In this document: piece after piece, positions 1 to 10,600 of the stretch
Numbering within the stretch: position 1 is the first letter of the stretch
Layout: every line of letters starts with the position of its first letter
Assembly: GCA_944389225.1 (NCBI GenBank)
Contig: CALXLP010000003.1
Location: forward strand, 31,206-95,205
Length of the DNA stretch: 64,000 bases
Reading direction: 5' to 3'
DNA from: an uncultured Clostridia bacterium
GTDB taxonomy: Bacteria; Bacillota; Clostridia; TANB77; CAG-508
Notes under the pieces: model-generated
The model's database searches: none
What the model saw: the letters and a program-made list of their open reading frames with translations, nothing else
Told to the model about the DNA's origin: nothing
Program-made: the position numbers and the translations under genes

Positions 1-54
1 AATTTAACAACAGAAGATTTGATTAAGAAAGGTTTAACCATTTTAGCAAATTAA
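1..54 (+). CDS. 3' end of an unidentified upstream gene (partial)
   Basis: Frame-1 ORF is open from the window edge to TAA at 52-54 (..NLTTEDLIKKGLTILAN*). Too short to assign. Confidence 0.3.
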   Translation, partial: NLTTEDLIKKGLTILAN

Positions 55-72
55 AAAAGGATTGAAGAAATT

Positions 73-1317
73 ATGAATAGTAATGAACCATTAGCATTTA
101 GAATGAGACCAAGAACATTAGAAGAATATGTTGGACAAGAACATGTTTTAGGAAAAGGAAAAATATTATATAGAACCATTAAGGCGGACAGATTATCTAG
201 TATCATATTGTTTGGACCACCTGGATGTGGGAAAACATCACTAGCAAGGGTGATTAGTGAAACCACTAAATATAAATTTTATAAAATTAATGCGGTTACT
301 TCTGGCGTAGCAGATATTAAAAGAGTTGTAGAAGAAACCAAAAACTTTATGATCAATCCAGCTGGAAAAAGTATTTTATTTATTGATGAGATTCATAGAT
401 TTAATAAGTTGCAACAAGATGCATTACTTCCTTATGTGGAAAATGGAACAGTGATTTTAATTGGAGCAACTACAGAAAATCCATATTTTGAGGTCAATAA
501 AGCTTTAATTTCTAGGTCAATGGTTATCAAATTAGAACCATTAACAATAGAAAATATTTTTACGATTTTAAAAAATGCACTTGAAAGGAAAGATGGATTA
601 GGAGAATACAATATAAAAATAGAAGATGAAACTTTAAAGAAATTAGCGATTATTTCTAATGGAGATGTAAGAACAGCTTTAAATGGTCTGGAAGTTGCAG
701 TATTAACAACAAATATGGATGCAGATGGATATATTCATATTACAGATGATATTATAAAAAATAGTGTACAAGATAGAAAAGCAATATTTGATAAAAATGG
801 AGAAGCACATTATGATAATATTAGTGCATTTATTAAATCTATGAGAGGTTCTGATCCTGATGCAGTTGTATTTTATTTAGCAAGAGCTTTAAATGGGGGA
901 GAAGATCCCATGTTTTTGGCAAGAAGAATCGTTATTTGTGCTTCAGAAGATGTAGGATTAGCAAATCCACAAGCATTAGTTGTCGCTAACGCTGCTATGC
1001 AAGCTGTTCACATGGTGGGAATGCCTGAAGCGAGAATTATTTTATCAGAGGCAGCTATATATGTGGCATTATCTAAAAAATCAAATGCAAGTTATTTAGC
1101 CATAAATAAAGCGTTAGAAGATGTAAAAAATAAAGAAACAGGAGAAGTACCAATGCATTTAAGAAATGCACCAATTGAAGATATGAAAAACTTAGGATAT
1201 AGCAATGGTTATTTGTATCCACATGATTTCCCTGGACATTATGTAGAACAACAATATTTACCAGATGAAATGGTAGGGACAAAATATTTTATAAAAGATG
1301 AAAATATTGATTTATAA
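73..1317 (+). CDS. rarA: Replication-associated recombination protein A (AAA+ ATPase, RarA/MgsA family)
   Basis: 414-aa ORF with Walker A 'GPPGCGKTS' and Walker B-like 'ILFIDEIHRF'. Has the C-terminal MgsA-type region ('GSDPDAVVFYLARAL', 'SEDVGLANP'). Confidence 0.9.
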   Translation: MNSNEPLAFRMRPRTLEEYVGQEHVLGKGKILYRTIKADRLSSIILFGPPGCGKTSLARVISETTKYKFYKINAVTSGVADIKRVVEETKNFMINPAGKSILFIDEIHRFNKLQQDALLPYVENGTVILIGATTENPYFEVNKALISRSMVIKLEPLTIENIFTILKNALERKDGLGEYNIKIEDETLKKLAIISNGDVRTALNGLEVAVLTTNMDADGYIHITDDIIKNSVQDRKAIFDKNGEAHYDNISAFIKSMRGSDPDAVVFYLARALNGGEDPMFLARRIVICASEDVGLANPQALVVANAAMQAVHMVGMPEARIILSEAAIYVALSKKSNASYLAINKALEDVKNKETGEVPMHLRNAPIEDMKNLGYSNGYLYPHDFPGHYVEQQYLPDEMVGTKYFIKDENIDL

Positions 1318-1341
1318 GAATAGAATAGTGCGTTATATAAT

Positions 1342-1386
1342 AAAGATGACATTTTATAAAAAAACTGTCATCTTTATATTTTTTTA
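1342..1386 (+). terminator. Rho-independent terminator after rarA
   Basis: 10-bp stem AAAGATGACA / TGTCATCTTT (1342-1351 / 1366-1375) followed by a T-rich tail. Confidence 0.7.
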
Positions 1387-1443
1387 GTATATGATATCAA
1401 AATATGGAAATGATATATAGAAATATAGCAGTAGGAGGATGAA

Positions 1444-1671
1444 ATGCCAAGAGATGGAAATAATGAACATAATACAAAAGAAAGCAAATGGAAAAATGAA
1501 GATGAAATATACTTATTTGAATTACAAAAATTTTTGGATATAGTAGAAAATGTAAAGGATGAAGAATTACGAAAAGAAATTATTGCACAGATGTTGAAAT
1601 GTGATAAAAGAGTTACACAATTAGCAGAAAATATTTTTCAAAAGCTGGAAAAAAATAGTGGGATATTTTGA
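1444..1671 (+). CDS. Small hypothetical protein (75 aa, charged, helical)
   Basis: ATG preceded by the strong SD GTAGGAGGA. No recognisable family. Confidence 0.55.
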   Translation: MPRDGNNEHNTKESKWKNEDEIYLFELQKFLDIVENVKDEELRKEIIAQMLKCDKRVTQLAENIFQKLEKNSGIF

Positions 1672-1759
1672 ACTTTTTAGTTTATAAAAAATGAAATTCC
1701 TATAATAAAAAATTAGAAATATGTGCATAAAAAATGAGAATTTGCAAAAAATACAAAAT

Positions 1760-2116
1760 ATGAAAAATATAGCAAAGAAAATCATAATAGGAATTTTGGC
1801 TGGGATTGTGAGTGGACTTTTTTCAACAGGTGGAGGAATGATTGTGGTTCCAGCATTAATATATTTATTAAATATGGAAGATAAAAAGGCTAGAGGAACG
1901 TCTATTTTTTGCATATTACCAATGGTTATGACAAGTGGATTTTTCTATTATAAAAGTAATTATATTGACTGGAATATTTCTATACTTTGTGCTATTGGTG
2001 GGATGATAGGAGGATATATTGGGGCAAAATTGTTAAAAAAAATACCAGTCCAATATTTAAAAATTGTATTTACCATTTTTCTAATATATGCATCCTATAA
2101 AATGATTTTTAAGTAA
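1760..2116 (+). CDS. Half-size TSUP/TauE-SafE family membrane protein (4 TM)
   Basis: Hydrophobic ORF with Gly-rich TM motifs ('GILAGIVSGLFSTGGGMIVVPALI') typical of TauE/SafE (TSUP) repeats. The start is uncertain (ATG 1721 or 1760). Confidence 0.65.
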   Translation: MKNIAKKIIIGILAGIVSGLFSTGGGMIVVPALIYLLNMEDKKARGTSIFCILPMVMTSGFFYYKSNYIDWNISILCAIGGMIGGYIGAKLLKKIPVQYLKIVFTIFLIYASYKMIFK

Positions 2117-2125
2117 GAGGAAAAT

Positions 2126-2521
2126 ATGATACAAATTTTAATAGGAATTTTATCAGGAATTATTAGTGGAACAGGAATGGGAGGAGGAACTATATTAATA
2201 TTCCTTCTTGTATATGTATTGGGAATAGAACAACATATTGCACAAGCGACAAATTTAATTTTTTTTATCCCAACTTCTATCATAGCAATTATCATAAATT
2301 TAAAAAATAAAAACATTGCTATACAAAGTGCAATATTGATTTCTATATTCGGAATATTAGGTGCTATTATTGGTGCGAATATATCCATTAATATTGATGT
2401 TAATTTATTAAGAAAATGTTTTGGTATATTTTTGGCAATCATTGCCATTCATGAAATTTATACCATTGTAAAATGGTATAAAAAGAAAAAAATACGAGAT
2501 ACTAATAAAAATGAAAGTTAA
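2126..2521 (+). CDS. Half-size TSUP/TauE-SafE family membrane protein (4 TM), second half-gene
   Basis: Own SD (AAGAGGAAAA) and ATG 10 nt after the previous stop. Contains 'GILSGIISGTGMGGGTILIFLLV', which parallels the upstream gene. Confidence 0.7.
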   Translation: MIQILIGILSGIISGTGMGGGTILIFLLVYVLGIEQHIAQATNLIFFIPTSIIAIIINLKNKNIAIQSAILISIFGILGAIIGANISINIDVNLLRKCFGIFLAIIAIHEIYTIVKWYKKKKIRDTNKNES

Positions 2522-2549
2522 AAATAAGATTTTAGAGAGGATGATGTAT

Positions 2550-2690
2550 ATGAAATTTGTAAAAGGTGTTGTTATAGGAGGATTATTAGTAACAGGAGCA
2601 GCTATGCTATATACAGAAATGGGAAAAAGTACAAAAAGAAAAATGATGAAAAAAGGAAGAAATATGATAAAAAAGATGGGGATAGCATAA
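2550..2690 (+). CDS. Small membrane-anchored Lys-rich protein (about 46 aa; below the ORF-track cutoff)
   Basis: SD AGAGAGG at 2534-2540. ORF reads MKFVKGVVIGGLLVTGAAMLYTEMGKSTKRKMMKKGRNMIKKMGIA*, ends TAA at 2688-2690, and is followed by a terminator. Confidence 0.35.
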   Translation: MKFVKGVVIGGLLVTGAAMLYTEMGKSTKRKMMKKGRNMIKKMGIA

Positions 2691-2757
2691 CAGATTTAAA
2701 ATATGTGAATAAGAAAATATAAAGAAATATGCTTACCGATAATTAAAAAGCCTAAAA

Positions 2758-2786
2758 ATCCAACTTAAATAAAAGTTGGATTTTTT
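2758..2786. terminator. Bidirectional rho-independent terminator
   Basis: Stem ATCCAACTT / AAGTTGGAT with an A-run upstream and a T-run downstream. Lies between convergent genes. Confidence 0.75.
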
Positions 2787-2811
2787 AGACTTTTAGTGAC
2801 AGATTTAAATA

Positions 2812-3378
2812 TTAGTAATTTGATTTATCACAACAACATGGTCTATCGTAGTAACCTGGTTTTTTATCATCCTGTTTTTCATCACATTTTTTATTACATT
2901 TATCATCATGTTTCTCATCATATTTTTCATCGCATTTTTTATCACATTTATCGTCTTTTTTATCTTTATCCTTACATTTATCAGATTCTAAAAAGCAATC
3001 ACACTTTTCATGTTTTTCACCTTTTAAACATCTTCCTTCATGATGACATTTTGCACAAATTTTAATTTTTTTGGTATCATTTACCCAGATTTGAATAGCA
3101 TATTGTTTTCCTGGACATAAAGGACCAAAAACAAATTCTCCTTCGCAATCTGTAAACGTATGCCCAATTGGTCTACGTTCTTCTTTACCACAATCATAAA
3201 CAATTTCGACTAATTTTACAACAGCATCTGTTACTGGTTCTTTAAAGCAATCTTTTACAACTCCATAGATGACATCACGATTATCTTCTGGTAAAGTGAT
3301 GTCTAAATCAAATTGTTTTCCTCCAGATATAACTCCATCAACATCTAAAATTTGACATGGCTTTTTATTATATTCCAT
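2812..3378 (-). CDS. Cys-rich protein: CarboxypepD_reg-like beta-sandwich plus a Cys/Lys/Asp periodic tail. Possibly a spore-coat/exosporium or metal-binding protein.
   Basis: 188-aa ORF. The core 'VIYGVVKD..PVTDAVVKLVEI...TDCEGEFVFGPLCPGKQYAIQIW' fits the carboxypeptidase-regulatory-like fold pattern. The C-terminus is 'DKCDKKCDEKYDEKHDDKCNKKCDEKQDD...PCCCD'. Confidence 0.7.
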   Translation of the reverse strand: MEYNKKPCQILDVDGVISGGKQFDLDITLPEDNRDVIYGVVKDCFKEPVTDAVVKLVEIVYDCGKEERRPIGHTFTDCEGEFVFGPLCPGKQYAIQIWVNDTKKIKICAKCHHEGRCLKGEKHEKCDCFLESDKCKDKDKKDDKCDKKCDEKYDEKHDDKCNKKCDEKQDDKKPGYYDRPCCCDKSNY

Positions 3379-3482
3379 TTAAAAATCACCCTTTCTAAAA
3401 CAACTTAAGTTGCTTTATATATCATATGAAGAATTTTGTCGAAAGTGAAAGAAATAGGGATAAAAATAAAAAATAAAAAAAG

Positions 3483-3510
3483 TTTACAATATATTTTTTT
3501 ATGATATAAT
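3483..3510 (+). promoter_or_regulatory. Sigma-A-type promoter
   Basis: TTTACA (3483-3488), a 16-nt spacer containing TG, then TATAAT (3505-3510). Sits about 30 nt upstream of the 3540 gene. Confidence 0.45.
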
Positions 3511-3539
3511 ATAAAAGAATTAACATAGGAGGAACTTAT

Positions 3540-4445
3540 ATGAGAAAGAAACAAGAACAAGAAAAAGAAGAGAGAATAACAGAATATGCAAATAAGTTAA
3601 TGACAAGAAAAGAAAGAAAAAATGGAAGAAAATTGACACCAGATGAGATAGAAGAAGCTTTTAAAAGGGCTGATAGAAGAGAAAAAAGAAGAGAAAGAAT
3701 AAAGAAAAGAATTGCTAAAATTTTAGCAGTATTTGGAATAACGGTTACTATTGGAGGCGTTGCATTATTAAATTCAGGAGAAAAACCAGAGCCAAAGCAT
3801 CCTAGTGGGCAAGAGACAGATATTGATAATGAAAAAGACAATGAAACACAGAAAACAGATAGAGAAAAATTTTTAGAGGGACTTCAAGAAGGCGTAGATA
3901 TAAGTATAAATGGAATAGGGGAAAGTCAAAATGAAATCAATGAACAACTAAATGATACAATAGATGCTATTCTGGAAGAATATAATGGAAATTTACCAGA
4001 AGAACAACAAATTACTGAAGAAAATTTAGGAATTATTTTACGAAATAATGTAGGAGCAGGACATATTAGAGAAGTGACTTCAGAAGATGGAAAAATAGAT
4101 TATGTAGAAAATCCTTTGGTATCAGGAGATTTGCCGGAAGGACAAGAATGGATAGATGAGCAAGATATAAGTAATGAATATATTTTAGTAGATACAGAAA
4201 ATAATAGTACAGTAGCAGGTATGGGAACAATTCATAATACGAAAACAGAAATAGATGTACAATATGCAAGTTTCGGTGGGCAAGAATATATAAAAAATGA
4301 TGAAACATATGTAGGTTTACCAGAAGGTGTTGATTTAGAAGAAGCTTATGAAGATTTTTCTGATTATTATGAATTTAGAGTTCAACAACAGGAAAAACAA
4401 CAGGAAAGTGAATCAAAAATACAAAATAATGGATTTGAACATTAA
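3540..4445 (+). CDS. Hypothetical single-pass membrane protein with an acidic extracellular domain
   Basis: SD AGGAGGAA. K/R/E-rich N-terminus, TM 'IAKILAVFGITVTIGGVALL', then an acidic 220-aa region with no family recognised. Confidence 0.7.
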   Translation: MRKKQEQEKEERITEYANKLMTRKERKNGRKLTPDEIEEAFKRADRREKRRERIKKRIAKILAVFGITVTIGGVALLNSGEKPEPKHPSGQETDIDNEKDNETQKTDREKFLEGLQEGVDISINGIGESQNEINEQLNDTIDAILEEYNGNLPEEQQITEENLGIILRNNVGAGHIREVTSEDGKIDYVENPLVSGDLPEGQEWIDEQDISNEYILVDTENNSTVAGMGTIHNTKTEIDVQYASFGGQEYIKNDETYVGLPEGVDLEEAYEDFSDYYEFRVQQQEKQQESESKIQNNGFEH

Positions 4446-4605
4446 AAAAAGAAAGCCAAAAAATAAATTTTGTCATGTATGAAAAGATTTATATAATTCA
4501 AAATTTAAAGCAAAAATTCAATACAAAAAAATAACAGAAGAGTATAAAAAATCCACTCTTTGCAAACAATATGTGTAAAACATATTTGCAAGGAGTGGAA
4601 TTTTT

Positions 4606-7600
4606 TTGAAAACAAATAAAATATTAAAAATTGATGGAACAATACTAGATAAAAAGCAATTAGAGAACCATTTGCAAAAAATTGCATCAAATCATAATTT
4701 AGTAAATAAACCTTCTAAAGAAACCTATCCAATTCCTCAATTAATCGAAAATTATGAAACTATTAAGAGTGTGTATAATTTATTGAATGAACATGTAAAA
4801 CTAGGAATAACAACACATCCAGCAGGTGAATGGCTATTAGATAATTTCTATATCATAGAAGAAACTGTAAAACAAATTCAAAAAGAATTAACTTTGAAAA
4901 AATACATGAATTTTCTAGGAATTGCGAATGGAAGATACAAAGGATTTGCCAGAATATATGTGTTAGCAGCAGAAATTGTAGCTTACACAGATAATAAAAT
5001 TGAAAAAGAAGATTTAGAAGATTATTTGGCAAGTTATCAAGAAAAAAAGACTTTAAGTATGGAAGAAATTTGGAATATTGGTTTGTTTCTTCAAATAGCC
5101 ATTATTGAAAATATTAGAGAAATTTGTGAAAAAATATATAGTAGCCAAATACAAAAAATGAAAGCAGAAAATATAGTACAAAAACTAATTGAAATACCTC
5201 AAGGGAATAAAGAAAGTCATATATATCATTTAAAGAATGTAAAAAAAGATATGTTAAATGATGTTAAATATCCATTTATTGAATATATGTCATATATCTT
5301 AAAACGATATGGAAAAAAGGGATATCGTTTTTTAAAAATACTAGATGAAATTGTAGAAATGACAGGAACAACTGTACAAGAAGTTATCAAAAAAGAACAT
5401 TTTGATATTGCTGTAAAAAAAGTATCTATAGGGAATAGCATTACCAGTATAAAAACCATACAAAGAATAAATTTCTTAGAAATTTTTGAAAAAATAAATG
5501 GTGTAGAAGAAATTTTAAAACAGGATCCAGCAAATGTTTATGATAAAATGGATAATGATACGAAAGATGATTACAGAAATGTTATTAAAGAAATATCGAA
5601 AAAAACAAAAATATCAGAAATTTATATAGCAAAAAAGATTTTACAATTGGCAAAAGATAGCAAAGATAATGAAAAAAAGAAACATATAGGATATTACATT
5701 ATTGATAAAGGAATTGAAAAAGTTTATCAAGAATTAGAATGTAAAGTACCAAAACATATGCCAGAAAAAACAAAGCAAAAACTATATATTGCAACAAATA
5801 TTATTTTATCAATTGTATTATCACTAGTATTTAGTAGTATTTTAAATCTATATATAAGAAATGTAGGGATATATCTATTAAGTTTTTTTATTTTATGGAT
5901 TCCATCATCAGAAATTGTGACACAAATCATACAATATATCTTAAGTAAAGTAGTAAAACCAAAACCAATTCCCAAAATGGATTTTTCAAAAGGAATTGAT
6001 GAGAAACATGCATGTATGGTAGTGATTCCAACAATCCTAAAAAACAAACAAAAGGTAGAAGAATTTATGCACAAATTAGAAGTATATTATATTGCCAATA
6101 AGTCTGAAAACTTGTATTTCACTTTGTTGGGGGATTGCTCGGAAAGTACTATGAAAGAAGAAAAATGGGATAATGAAGTGATTGAAACAGGAATGCAATT
6201 AGTGGAAAAATTAAATAAAAAATATGTAGTAGAAAGTGAATTTCCTATTTTTCATTTTATTTATAGAAAAAGAGAATGGAATGAAAAAGAGAACTGTTAT
6301 TTAGGTTGGGAAAGAAAAAGGGGAATGCTAACACAATTTAATGAATATCTGTTAGGAAATGAAGAAAATCCATTTCGTGTCAATACCATAGAAGAATACA
6401 AAGATTGCATTCCTAAAATACAATATGTGATTACATTAGATGCAGATACAGAGCTAATTTTAAATTCTGCTTTTGAATTAGTAGGTGCAATGGCACATAT
6501 TTTAAATAAACCAGTGATAGATGAAGGAAAAAATATTGTCATAGAGGGACATGGAATCATTCAACCAAGAATTGGAATCAATTTAGATATTTCATATAAA
6601 ACCATATTTACACAAATATTTGCAGGAGCAGGGGGAATAGACTCTTATACAAATGCTATTTCTGATTTATACCAAGATAATTTTGGAGAAGGAATTTTTA
6701 CAGGAAAAGGCATTTATGATTTGAAGGTGTTCTCAAAAGTACTAAAAGATGCGATACCAGAAAATACGGTATTAAGTCATGATTTATTAGAAGGATGTTA
6801 TTTACGTTGTGGTTTAGCAACAGACATTATACTAATGGATGGATATCCTTGCAAATATAATAGTTTTATGAACCGATTATCTAGATGGATAAGAGGAGAT
6901 TGGCAAATTATTAGTTGGTTAAAAGGAAAGGTAAATAGCAAAATAGGAGAGATACAAAATCCGCTAAATTGTCTTTCAAAATATAAAATATTTGATAATT
7001 TGAGAAGAAGTTTAATTGAAATCATGGTTATCATTTCTTTCATTCTGTTTGTTATATTAGGAAAAGTATATCAATTTGAAATGTATTCATTGATTATCAT
7101 AAGTATGATACCAGTTGTTATGCCTTATATATTAGAAGTCTTTAATACGATGTTAGTAAAAAAAGAAGGGGAGCATAAGCAAAAGAAATTTTCTCCTAGA
7201 ATATCAGGATATAAAGGAATTGGATTAAGAATCTTGATAACGATAGGTGTATTACCATATAAAGCATATGTTTCTTGTGCAGCTATTGTAAAAACATTGT
7301 ATCGTAAATGGATTAGTCATAAAAGATTATTAGAATGGATGACATCTGAAGAGGCGGAAAAACAAGCAAAGAATAATATGATATCCTATATAAAACAAAT
7401 GTGGTTTAATATCGCTTTAGGAATTTTGAGTCTAGGACTTGCATTAACCAACAAAGGTTTTGGTGATTTTATCATTCAGACCATGTTAGGTATTTTATGG
7501 ATTTTTACACCTTTTATCATGTGGTATATAAGTAAGGAGAAAAAAGAAGTAAAAGCAATTGAAAAATTAAATAAAACAGAAATAGAATATGTCTTAGAAA

Positions 7601-10600
7601 TCGGAAGAAAAACATGGCAATTCTTTAAACAATATATTACCAAAGAAAACAATTATCTAATGCCAGACAATTATCAAGAGGATAGAAAACAAAAAATTGT
7701 TGCAAGGACATCTTCCACTAATATAGGATTATCCATATTAGCGATTGTTTCAAGTTATGATTTACAATATGAAACTTTACCAGATACCATAGATTTATTG
7801 TATAAAGTACTAACTTCAGTCGATAGTTTGCAAAAATGGAATGGACATTTATACAATTGGTATGATACCAAAACAAAAGAACCATTAAGACCAAGATATA
7901 TTTCAACAGTAGATAGTGGAAATTTTGTGGGATATTTGTATGTGACAAAAGCATTTTTAGAAGAAATACAAGAAATATTACAAAGTCACAATATGCTTTT
8001 CCCAGAACAAAATATACAAGATAAAGAAGAAATGATAATCTTGCAAAATCAAATACAAGAAATGCTAGAAATCATTAAAAGAACCATTAATCAAACAGAC
8101 TTTACCTGCTTATATAGTCAGGAACATCAAATATTTTCAATCGGATACAATATTGAAGAAAATAAATTAACAGATTCCTATTATGACCTCTTAGCAACAG
8201 AAGCAAGACAAGCAAGTTTAGTTGCTATTGCCAAAAAAGATATTCCATCAAAACATTGGAATCACTTAAGTAGAACACTAACAGTTTTAGGAAAATATAA
8301 GGGATTAATTTCTTGGTCAGGAACTGCATTTGAATATTTAATGCCAAATATGAATATTCCAAAATACAAAGGGAGTTTGTTAGATGAATCTTGCAAATTT
8401 ATGATGATGAGTCAAATGAAATATGCAGAAGAAATGCATTTACCGTTTGGAGTATCCGAATCTGCATTTAATTTAAAAGATTTACAATCTAATTACCAAT
8501 ATAAAGCATTTGGAATTCCATGGTTGGGATTAAAAAGAGGATTAGCAGATGAAATGGTCGTATCTTCTTATGCTAGTATATTAGCCATTACAGATATTCC
8601 AAAAGAAGTGGTTAGAAATTTAAAAGTATTAGAACAATATGGCATGCATCATAAATATGGATTTTATGAATCTTTAGATTTTACTCCAGAAAGAGTTAGA
8701 AAAGGAAAAGAAGCGGAAGTTGTCAAAACTTATATGGCACATCATCAAGGATTAATTTTATTATCAATCAATAACTTAATTAATCAACTAATTTTACAAA
8801 AACGATTTACGAAAAATCCAGAAATCCAAGCAGTTACTATTTTATTACAAGAAACAATGCCAGAAAAAGCAATTATCACAAAGGAAGATAAAGAAAAGGT
8901 AGAAAAATTAAAATATAAAGATTATGAAGATTATATAGTAAGAACATATACCAAAATAGACGAAAGATTAATCTCAGGAAATGTTATTTCTAATGAAAAT
9001 TATATGGTAGCAATGAACCAAAAAGGAGAAGGAGTAAGTAAGTACAAAAATATATATGTCAATCATTTTAAACGTACTGATGATGATACACAAGGAATCA
9101 TATTTTATATAAAAAGTATAAAGAACAAACAAATTATTAGTTCTAGTTATTCACAAAATATAAAAAATGAAAATCAATATCAAGTTCGATTTATGCCAGA
9201 TAAGAATGAACAAGAGATAATTAGTGGAAATATAAAAGTAAGAATTAAAACAACAGTTGCTTCAAACGAACCTGTAGAATTGAGAAGATTAATATTAGAA
9301 AATTCCGGAAATGAAGAAGAAATTGTAGAATTGACAGGATATTTTGAACCAATTTTAGCACCAAAGGAACAATATTATGCACATCCTGCATTTAATAATC
9401 TATTTTTAGTATATGAGTATGATGAAAAAAATGAAGCAATCATTGTCAAAAGAAAGAAAAGAGAATTAGGGGAAAAAGAAGTTTATTTGACTACAACATT
9501 ACATGCAAGTAGAGAAGATAGAATTGGCGATTTGGAATATGAAATAGAAGAGGAAAAATTTATTGGAAGAGGAAATTTAAAAATATCAAAAATGGTTAAA
9601 GATTCATTACCATTTTCTAAAAAGATAGGACTTGTGACTGAACCAGTAGTAGCCATGAAAAGAACGGTTAAAATAAAGAAACAGGAAAAAGTCGTGATTG
9701 ATTTTATATTATCTGTAGAAGAAGAAAAAGAACAAGCTCTTCAAAATCTAGAAAAATATACATCATTTGAAAATGTAAAAAATGAATTTGAGTTATCAAA
9801 AGCGAGAGTGGAAGCAGAAACAAGATATTTAAATATGAAAGGAAAAGATATTGAAATTTATCAAAAGATGTTATCTTATATTGTGTTTGATGATTCCGTT
9901 AAAAGTGTAGAAAAAGAAAAAATCAATCATACACAAGTTTACAAACAAAGTGATTTATGGAAATATGGAATATCAGGGGATTTACCAATTATATTGGTAA
10001 AAATGAAAAATGCAAATGATGTACAAGGACTAAAAGAAGTATTAAAAGCGTATGAGTATTTTAGAACCAAAAATGTAGAAACAGAAATTGTTATTATGGA
10101 TGAAGAAAAATATAGTTATGAAAATTATGTAAGAGAAGAAATAGATTCTACTATATTAAATCAACATATGGGATATTTAAAAAATATAAAGGGTGGTATC
10201 TTTATATTAAATGAAGAGGAAATGGATAAACAAGATATTACATTTCTAGAATTTATATCTGTTATCACAATCGATTGTGCAAAAGGAAATTTAGAAAATA
10301 ATCTAAAAGAAATAGAAGAAACCTACTTAGAAAATTATAAAGAAATTAGTGAAGAAGAAAATATGAATCAATTTGTTGAAGAAAATACAGAAGATATCAA
10401 TATTTTGAAAGATACAGAAAAATTAAAATATTATAATGAGTATGGAGCTTTTTCAGAAGATGGAAAAGAATATTGGATGTGTGTCAATAAAGAAAAAAGA
10501 TTACCAACTGTATGGTCACACATTATGGCAAATGAAAAATTTGGAACCATTGTAACAGAAAATATGGGAGGATATAGTTGGTATAAAAATAGCAGATTAA

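Noticed and set aside
2796-3065. 89-aa + strand ORF rich in His/Tyr/Phe
   Set aside because: It is the antisense shadow of the Cys/Lys/Asp quasi-repeat of the minus-strand gene 2812-3378. It has no SD and is pure low complexity.
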